DNA of 64,000 bases from a candidate division FCPU426 bacterium (GTDB taxonomy: Bacteria > Oederibacteriota > Muellerivitia > Muellerivitales > Muellerivitaceae). Each line of letters opens with the position of its first letter. Positions within the stretch are counted from its first letter, which is position 1. The stretch is taken from contig CAWKAR010000003.1 in assembly GCA_963847625.1 (NCBI GenBank), forward strand, positions 32,001 through 96,000, in the 5' to 3' direction. The notes beneath the pieces are model-generated. The model did no database searches. It was not told the DNA's origin and worked only from the letters and a program-made list of their open reading frames with translations. The position numbers were made by a program, and so were the translations under genes. Below are positions 57,483-64,000 of the stretch, in pieces.

Positions 57483-58808
57483 TTAATACCCACTGGTAGG
57501 CGTGGCGGTGGAGGATACCTTTCCGTTTCCGGCGGGGCCATAGGTACAGCCGGCATTTTCCCCGGGGCTACCAGCCTTTACTAATTCCGTGCCGGAAAAT
57601 AAATTTGAATTATCTATTAAGGAAATGATACCGCCACCGCCCCCCCCACCGTTATATTCACCGTTGGAACCGTTCGCAATTAATGATCCGGTACCGGTAA
57701 TGGTGTTGGCCTCGATCAAAATGGACCCACCGCCCCCCCCTCCGCTGTCAGTGTCTTGTGTATTTATCTTTCCACTCATATCAATGGTTCCATTGATGGT
57801 TGCGGGCCCGGTTAATTTATTACCGACAGGATCATAGACAATAATCCATAGCAATGAGCCGCCGTAATTCGTCCCAAGGGCCCCGCTGGCTAATCCCCCG
57901 TCTAAAGACGGGTGAACCGGATCGTCATTTGCCGGTCCACCGTAAACCGTTACGCTCACAGAGGAATTACAATATTCAACGTAAGTTACGCCCCCACCGG
58001 CCCCGCCATGGCCGCCACCGCCGAAAGCGCCTAATCCACCGCAATCATTGCTTTCCCAAAAGCCTCCCAATCCCGCTGAAGATCCTTCGCCCAGGCCAAC
58101 TCCATTGAGAGTGGCGCCGGCATCCAATGTGAAACATGTCGCGAAGATGGTCACTCCGTCCGAAATGTAAATCGTCGCGCCCGCTAGGATGTGCACGCAT
58201 CCCAAATCATAAGTGCCGTTGGTTAAAGTCGTCACGCCGGAGAAATTGCTCCAATCCACCGCTGGAGTGGAGGTGGAAGTCGATGTCGCCGTTGAAGTAA
58301 ACGTAGGGGTGTTAATAGCCGTTAGCGTATTCGTGTTGGTCGGGGTGGTGGTCATCGTGGGCGTGTCAATAATGATGGGTGTGGACGTATTGGTGGGAGT
58401 GCCTGCTGCGGTGTCCGTGGAGGTGGGGGTCGAAGCCGGGAACGAAGTGTCCGTTGGGGTATTCGTTGGAATCTGGGTGAGCGTATTCGAGGGTGTATCG
58501 GTGGATGCCGGAATAGGCGAATTTGTTGGGGTATTCATTGCCGTTGGAATGGAGGTTGGGGTTGAGGTAGAAGACGGAATGGGGGTATTCGTAGCGTTGT
58601 TCGTCGCCGTTGAAGTGAGAGACGTAGTAGAAGTGTCAACGGGTGTCGAATTGGGCGTATCCGTCACTTGCGGGGTCGGTGTATAGGTTGGGTTCAACGC
58701 GGGCGATAAGGGATTGGTGGAATAGGATTTACTGCAACCGACAATTAGTGATCCAATCGAAACACCAGCCAAAAGGAACCAACTGATCCAAGCCCTTTTA
58801 TTTCTCAT
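57483..58808 (-). CDS. Lipoprotein with Thr/Pro/Ser stalk and Gly-rich C-terminal domain
   Basis: Lipobox IVGC; PT repeats; GGGGHGG / SGGGGGGSILI motifs. Confidence 0.8.
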   Translation of the reverse strand: MRNKRAWISWFLLAGVSIGSLIVGCSKSYSTNPLSPALNPTYTPTPQVTDTPNSTPVDTSTTSLTSTATNNATNTPIPSSTSTPTSIPTAMNTPTNSPIPASTDTPSNTLTQIPTNTPTDTSFPASTPTSTDTAAGTPTNTSTPIIIDTPTMTTTPTNTNTLTAINTPTFTSTATSTSTSTPAVDWSNFSGVTTLTNGTYDLGCVHILAGATIYISDGVTIFATCFTLDAGATLNGVGLGEGSSAGLGGFWESNDCGGLGAFGGGGHGGAGGGVTYVEYCNSSVSVTVYGGPANDDPVHPSLDGGLASGALGTNYGGSLLWIIVYDPVGNKLTGPATINGTIDMSGKINTQDTDSGGGGGGSILIEANTITGTGSLIANGSNGEYNGGGGGGGIISLIDNSNLFSGTELVKAGSPGENAGCTYGPAGNGKVSSTATPTSGY

Positions 58809-58844
58809 CTTTATCCTTTTCTGGAGTAATTGTTCATCGATTTT

Positions 58845-60227
58845 TTAATATCCGGAGGCGGGTGCCGCGGAATAAGACACGATCCCGTTCCCTCCCGCGC
58901 CTTCGGTGCAACCGGCGCAACTCCCCGCGCCTCCGCCCGCTGCGGAAATGTTGCCGGAAAAACCGTTGTTTCCGATCAAGGAAATAATCCCCCCGCCGCT
59001 GGCCCCGCCCCTCATGTAACCGTTTTGGCCATTCGCCTTCAATGTCCCGGAACCCCTAACCGTGTTGGCTTCTATCAGGATGCCGCCTCCCGCGCCCGCG
59101 GCCTGGGTTGGCATCATTGTTCCTTGGCCGCTTACGTCGATGGTTCCATTGATCGTGGCCGGGCCTGTTACCTGATTTTGGACCGGGTCGTAAACAACGA
59201 TCCATATCAAGGCCCCGCCGTAACCGACGCTTTGAGCACCGCCTCCACAACCACCTCCCCAGGCGGGATGGACCGGGTCGTCAAAGGCCGCGCCGCCGGA
59301 AGCTGAGACTGTGACCGGTGGATTACAAGGGTAATTGACCGTGACACCTGCTCCTGCGCCGCCGTGTCCCCCGCCTCCATAAGCGCCTACTTCGCAGGAA
59401 TAGTTAATGTTTGAATACCCGGAACCAGGGCCACCCATTGAGTAACCGCTTATAGTTGAATTCGCGTCCATCGTGAAGCAAGTGGCGAAGATGGTCACCC
59501 CGCCCCAGATATTGATGGACGAGCCCGACAACATATGCACACAGCCCAAATTATAAGTACCTGATAATGTTGTCACGCCGGCGAAATGGCTCCAATCCAC
59601 CGTTGGAGTGGAGGTGGAGGTAGAGGTCACCGTCGAAGTGGACGTCGGTGTTGGGGTACCGGTGGATGCCGTAAAAGGTGGGTTCGTCGCTGTGGGGGTG
59701 GGTGTGGGGGTTGGTGTGTCCGCAGGCGGCCACGTAGGCGTGGAAGTGGGGGTTGAAATCGGAAGGGGAGTATCCGTTGAAGTATTGGATGGAATCTGGG
59801 TGGGCGTATTCGAGGGTGTATCGGTGGATGCTGGAATAGGCGAATTCGTTGGGGTATTCGTTGCCGTTGGAATGGAGGTTGGGGTTGATGTGTCTATGGG
59901 TATCGAAGTTGGGGTGGAGGTTGATGTCAGAATGGACGTACTCGTGGAACTGTTCATTGCCGTGGGTATGGAGGTTGGGGTTGAGGTGGAAGACGGAACA
60001 GGGATATCCGTAGAACTGTTCGTTGCCATTAATGTGGGTGTCGGCGTTGAAGTGTCTGTGGGAGTCGAAATGGGGGTGTCCGTCACTTGCGGGGTCGGTG
60101 TATAGGTTGGATTCAACGTGGGCGATAAGGGATTGGTTGAAAAGGATTTACTACATCCGCTTATCAGGGAACCGGCTGATACGCCGGCCAAAAGGAACCA
60201 ACTGATCCAGGGCCTGGTTTTTCCCAT
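58845..60227 (-). CDS. Paralogous Thr/Pro-stalk Gly-rich lipoprotein
   Basis: Lipobox ISGC; shares N-terminus, stalk segments and domain motifs with 57483-58808. Confidence 0.8.
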   Translation of the reverse strand: MGKTRPWISWFLLAGVSAGSLISGCSKSFSTNPLSPTLNPTYTPTPQVTDTPISTPTDTSTPTPTLMATNSSTDIPVPSSTSTPTSIPTAMNSSTSTSILTSTSTPTSIPIDTSTPTSIPTATNTPTNSPIPASTDTPSNTPTQIPSNTSTDTPLPISTPTSTPTWPPADTPTPTPTPTATNPPFTASTGTPTPTSTSTVTSTSTSTPTVDWSHFAGVTTLSGTYNLGCVHMLSGSSINIWGGVTIFATCFTMDANSTISGYSMGGPGSGYSNINYSCEVGAYGGGGHGGAGAGVTVNYPCNPPVTVSASGGAAFDDPVHPAWGGGCGGGAQSVGYGGALIWIVVYDPVQNQVTGPATINGTIDVSGQGTMMPTQAAGAGGGILIEANTVRGSGTLKANGQNGYMRGGASGGGIISLIGNNGFSGNISAAGGGAGSCAGCTEGAGGNGIVSYSAAPASGY

Positions 60228-60423
60228 CTTTTCCCTCCCTTTTGGGTTTCCGCTGATTGTATTGATCGTTCTAATATCTAGACTCCCTTCCCTATAAAAA
60301 AATCCAAAAAAATGAAAAAATTTTGAAAAAGGCCGAAAAACTGAGCTTTTCCCATGCTTTTTTTGCCAATACCAACCTGGCCAATTGAAAACGACAGGTA
60401 GGTAAGGATGAATGGAAAAGCAG

Positions 60424-60726
60424 TTATTTAAGTTTTTCGGCGAGTTGGTAAAGGGTGGGGGTCAGGAATATCCGGATGAAATGGAGGGCTAAGATGGCGA
60501 AAAGCGGCGATAAATCCAAACCCCCGATCCGCCAGGGCGGCACCAGCCGGCGGAAGGGCCTTAAAAGGGGCTCAGTGATGGTCGGGACACCGCGCACGAT
60601 GGTGTTGTAGGGATCGGCGTGGACCCAGAATAAAATCACCCGGGCAATGACGAGGATTTCCAGGAATGCCAGGGCCCAATCGACGATCCAAGCCATGGCC
60701 GATATTAAATTCCCCAGGATGAACAT
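60424..60726 (-). CDS. yggT: YggT family membrane protein
   Basis: DPYN.IV.....ITEPLLRPFRR.VP....GLDLSP. Confidence 0.88.
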   Translation of the reverse strand: MFILGNLISAMAWIVDWALAFLEILVIARVILFWVHADPYNTIVRGVPTITEPLLRPFRRLVPPWRIGGLDLSPLFAILALHFIRIFLTPTLYQLAEKLK

Positions 60727-60727
60727 T

Positions 60728-63322
60728 TTATTTCCCTTCGGTTTTGGGGCCCACCTGGACCCAGGTCATTTGTTCCGATAACAGGTATTTCTTGGCCGTT
60801 TCTCCCAGCTGTTTCGCGGTGATGGCCTCGATTATTTTAGTAAATTTTTCCAGTGTTTCCGCCCCCATCCCCGAAAGGTGGTACTGGCCCAAGGCATAAA
60901 GCTGGGAACGGTTGGATTGGAGCCCGACCTGGAACAAACCCACCATGTAGGTTTTGGCCCTTTTCAAGTCCGTCCCCGAAATCCGGCCCAAGGCGAAGTT
61001 CTTCAGGACGTCCAAAAGTCCCTGCCGGGCGGATTCGGTCTTTTCCGGCGAACATCCCAGGTAAATCTGGTAAGCCCCCGCCAGGGCCGCCGCGTCGTGG
61101 GAGGCGTAAACGCTGTAGGCCAGGCTTCTTTTTTCCCTCAATTCCGCGAAAAGCTTTCCGCCCATGCCGTTCAACATGGTGTTGAGGAGGCGGAAGTTGA
61201 AGTAGTCTTTGGACTTTAAGTCCGGGGCGCGCAAGCCCAGGACCAGATTGGCCTGCTGGCTGTCGAGGGTCTCGGTGAGGAAACCGGATTCCGGGCCCGG
61301 GACTGCGGCGGGCGCCGGGGCGGGTTTATTTTGGTTCGGGATATCCGTCATGCTTTGGTTTAAAAGTTTTATCAGGTTCCCCGGTTCGAAATCGCCTACC
61401 ACCACCCAGGTCATTTGGGAGGCGTCCAGGTACTTTCCGTGCCAGTCCTTCACGTCCTTCGTCGTCGTACCGGAAACGCTTTTTTCCGTCCCGACGGGCA
61501 TGTGGGCGTAGGGCGTGTTCCTGAAAGTCAGGACATCCGATTGCAGCATGGCGTACTCGGAAGGGTCGTCCTTCAGGCGCCGGATGTTGGCAAGCTGGAT
61601 TTTCTTTTCCTTCTCCACTTCCGCCTCGGCAAAGGCGGGTTCCAATAAACCCTCGGCTAGGAGGCTGTACGCCTCCTCGAACCGGGAAGAAAGCACTTCC
61701 AGGCTGACCCCCCAAAAATCCTTCTCCATGAAGGGATCCAACTGGGCGGCCAGGCCCTCTACTTTTTTGGAGAATTCCTCGTGGTTCTTCCGGCGGGTGC
61801 CTTTCAGGAGGCATTTGGTCATCAGGTGGGTGATTCCAAAGTTGGTTTCGGTTTCATCCACGAACCCGCCCCTCAGAAAAACGCCCAGTGAAACGATCGG
61901 CAGGTTTGTGCGGGGCCGCAGGAGCAAAGTGGAGCCGTTGGCCAGGGTGATCGTCTGGGTCGGAGAATCGCCTGAAAAGCCCGGCTTGGCCGTCTTCGCG
62001 GGGGCGGAATAAGACCGGGACAGGAGGGTTTGCAATCGCGAGGGGCTGGACTTTCCCTTTTGCCCGCGGGGATGGTAAACCACCAGGGTCGCCCGGGCGG
62101 GATGGAGGTATTTCCCGGCGACCCTTTGCAGGTCGCCGCTGGTGACCGCTTCCAGGGCTTTCAAGTATTCCTCTTCCTTGCGGTAATCCCCCAGTAGTTC
62201 CCAGTAACCCAGGGACTTGGCTTGGCCGTCCACGCTTTGCTTCTCGAATATCTTGGAGGCCCTCAGTTTGTTTTTAACCTTGGCTAATTCCTCCTCAGAA
62301 ACCCCCCGCCGGTTAAGCTCGCGGACTTCCGCCATGATGTCGCAAAGAAACGGTTCCAGCCGCTTCTGGTCCGTCAGCCCTTGGACCACGAAAGCTCCCC
62401 CGTACTTCCCCAGGAAATGGTCGGTCCCGACTTCGTCGGCGGATTGTTTCGCCTCCCGGACCGAAATGTTCAGACGGCTGGAATTGCCGTCCCCCAACAC
62501 TGAATCCAGCACTTCCATGGCCGGCGCGTCCGACTCGAAGAGGGAAACGGAGGGAAATCCCAATGAAACGTAGGTCTGTTGGACGTCCCCTTCCTCCCAC
62601 CGCATCCGTAGCCCGGAGGGTTTGGGTTCCCGGAGAAAGTGTCTTTTGGGGGCCGTCCGCGACGATCCCATCTTGAACATTTCTTTGGTCCACCTAATCA
62701 CGTCCCGGGTCTGGACGTCCCCCACGACCGCTACCACGGTGTTCCGGGGCACGTAATGGGTTTGGTAATACCTCATCAGGCTTTCCCGGGGGACTTTGCG
62801 CAGGATACCGGGATCGCCGATCACAGGCCACCGGTAGGGGTTTTTCCGGAACAAGGTCCTGAACATCAGCTCCCAGGACCAGCTCCAGGGGTCGTCCCGC
62901 CGCATGCGCATTTCCTCGAAAACGACCTCTTTTTCCTTTTCCAGCTCGGAGGCGTCGAAGGTGGAATTGAAATAAGCGTCGAACTCGACGTCCATGGCCT
63001 TGCGGATTTGCTGCTTGGGAAGAACGACGAAAAAACAGGTGTGTTCGAAGCTCGTGAAAGCATTCAGGTAGCCGCCCGCGCCCTCCACCTCCCGGGAAAT
63101 CGCCCCCACGCCCCGGCGCTTGGTTCCCTTGAAAATCATGTGCTCGATGAGGTGGGCCATGCCCCTTTCGTCGGGCCTTTCGTCGACGGAACCGGCCTCG
63201 ACCCAGATATTGAGGGACACCACGGGGTTGGAACGGGTTTCCTTCACGAGGAGCGTGGCGCCGTTGGGCAGGCGCACCCTTGTCACTTCATCCCCGGATA
63301 AAAGGTTGTTGTTTTTGCCCAT
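60728..63322 (-). CDS. M16 family (pitrilysin-like) zinc peptidase, two-domain
   Basis: AGS.DE...GMAHLIEHMIFKGT (HxxEH), NAFTS; degenerate second half. Confidence 0.92.
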   Translation of the reverse strand: MGKNNNLLSGDEVTRVRLPNGATLLVKETRSNPVVSLNIWVEAGSVDERPDERGMAHLIEHMIFKGTKRRGVGAISREVEGAGGYLNAFTSFEHTCFFVVLPKQQIRKAMDVEFDAYFNSTFDASELEKEKEVVFEEMRMRRDDPWSWSWELMFRTLFRKNPYRWPVIGDPGILRKVPRESLMRYYQTHYVPRNTVVAVVGDVQTRDVIRWTKEMFKMGSSRTAPKRHFLREPKPSGLRMRWEEGDVQQTYVSLGFPSVSLFESDAPAMEVLDSVLGDGNSSRLNISVREAKQSADEVGTDHFLGKYGGAFVVQGLTDQKRLEPFLCDIMAEVRELNRRGVSEEELAKVKNKLRASKIFEKQSVDGQAKSLGYWELLGDYRKEEEYLKALEAVTSGDLQRVAGKYLHPARATLVVYHPRGQKGKSSPSRLQTLLSRSYSAPAKTAKPGFSGDSPTQTITLANGSTLLLRPRTNLPIVSLGVFLRGGFVDETETNFGITHLMTKCLLKGTRRKNHEEFSKKVEGLAAQLDPFMEKDFWGVSLEVLSSRFEEAYSLLAEGLLEPAFAEAEVEKEKKIQLANIRRLKDDPSEYAMLQSDVLTFRNTPYAHMPVGTEKSVSGTTTKDVKDWHGKYLDASQMTWVVVGDFEPGNLIKLLNQSMTDIPNQNKPAPAPAAVPGPESGFLTETLDSQQANLVLGLRAPDLKSKDYFNFRLLNTMLNGMGGKLFAELREKRSLAYSVYASHDAAALAGAYQIYLGCSPEKTESARQGLLDVLKNFALGRISGTDLKRAKTYMVGLFQVGLQSNRSQLYALGQYHLSGMGAETLEKFTKIIEAITAKQLGETAKKYLLSEQMTWVQVGPKTEGK

Positions 63323-63362
63323 GGATCCTCGTCCCTATTCCAGTTTAGATAATATTAGTGCA

Positions 63363-63535
63363 TGCCAATCTCACTGCCTAAAACACTTAGGACATTGGTA
63401 CTGTGCCATTTTCGTTAATTATTTATTCAAATGGATAAATGGTGCGTGCCGATAATCCTTATTAAAAGCAAATAAAGACATCGGTACTGCGCCAACCCTT
63501 TTATTACAATTTTATTTAATAATGAAAGTTGGTGC
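63363..63535. repeat. Head-to-tail array of four TGCC/CGCC...GGTRC hairpins abutting the tRNA 3' end
   Basis: Units 63363-63401, 63402-63445, 63446-63487 and 63488-63535, each with its own stem and an AT-rich interior. Confidence 0.75.
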
Positions 63536-63616
63536 GGAAGGGGGGAGTTGAACCCCCATGAGGTTGCCCCCGCTAGAACCTGAATCTAGTGCGTCTGCCA
63601 ATTTCGCCACTTCCGC
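63530..63616 (-). tRNA. tRNA-Leu(CAG)
   Basis: GCGGAAG acceptor stem, anticodon arm CTAGA-TTCAGGT-TCTAG, long variable arm, GTTCAAC T-loop, encoded CCA. Confidence 0.95.
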
Positions 63617-63729
63617 GTTAGGAAAAAACTTTTTGAAAATCTCGTAAAAGCCTTATGCTACAACAATTTCCGAACATCGTCCAAAAATACTTTTTTTCGT
63701 TCCATAAAAGTGAACCTCAAAAATACCCC

Positions 63730-63868
63730 TCCGTGTCTTATACGTGTCTTTCGTTTCCCGGAAAGCGAAATTTGTCGGTGTCTTATTCGGTCACTTTTCG
63801 GAAAAATTTTATCCGGCCCCCTCTCCGTGAAGTTTCAAAACACCCGTCCGTGTCTTATACGTGTCTTT
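63730..63868 (+). repeat. 22-bp direct repeat TCCGTGTCTTATACGTGTCTTT x2 upstream of the tRNA
   Basis: Copies at 63730-63751 and 63847-63868; partial GGTGTCTTAT near 63777. Confidence 0.75.
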
Positions 63869-64000
63869 GGGATATTTGGAAGAGGGTTCAAAGCGAGTAT
63901 TATTCGCATCCACGAAGCCCCGGACCCTTTCCAAGGCTTCCAGCCGGTCCACCCGGTCCACTTGGTCATACCTCCTAAACATCGCGTGGGTCTTGTGGCC

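Noticed and set aside
57483..60227. Diversity-generating retroelement VR/TR pair
   Set aside because: No reverse transcriptase; differences between paralogs involve all bases and indels.
63363..63535. CRISPR array
   Set aside because: Only ~10 nt at junctions are conserved, the variable parts are themselves hairpins, and no cas genes are present.
63655..63978. 107-aa ORF containing PSVSYTCL twice
   Set aside because: The peptide repeat simply reflects the 22-bp DNA repeat in the tRNA upstream region; no other coding support.

Overview
Bacterial chromosomal window, probably a diderm from a poorly studied lineage (inference from lnt, TolB-like, OmpA and PorV-like genes). It has two zones. (1) About 1-28 kb is an accessory, surface-polysaccharide-associated region. 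It holds rmlC, a GT4 glycosyltransferase, gmd, fcl and a heparinase II/III-like gene, plus many toxin-antitoxin modules, two AAA+DUF4143 ATPases, a complete IS110/IS1111 element, a radical SAM/SPASM enzyme and a block of secreted-protein genes. All are separated by AT-rich spacers built from short repeats. (2) About 28-64 kb is mostly housekeeping: MFS pump, cmk-aroA-tyrA-hisC-pheA, tolB-like pair, glyA, tadBC, argS, yqeK, sugar ABC transporter, two Thr/Pro-stalk lipoproteins, yggT, M16 peptidase and tRNA-Leu(CAG). The most striking signal is non-coding: a set of very small (25-160 bp) structured mobile elements whose filled and empty sites are both visible here. One family is a TGCC...GGCA hairpin doublet with covarying stems, a dif-like N6-TTATG core and a TG target duplication. 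It sits at a hicB start codon, in hicA, in a gene relic and in other repeats, and single hairpins form a head-to-tail array fused to the tRNA-Leu 3' end. A related two-hairpin element nests in itself and has inserted twice in frame into the glycosyltransferase. The TA/AAA genes in 2-9.4 kb are punctuated by five diverged relics of the 3' end of the ydcF-like gene at 26.9-27.6 kb, giving a cassette-array-like layout. No recombinase for these elements is in the window. The IS1111 non-coding end contains readable bridge-RNA-like guides matching its own target site.
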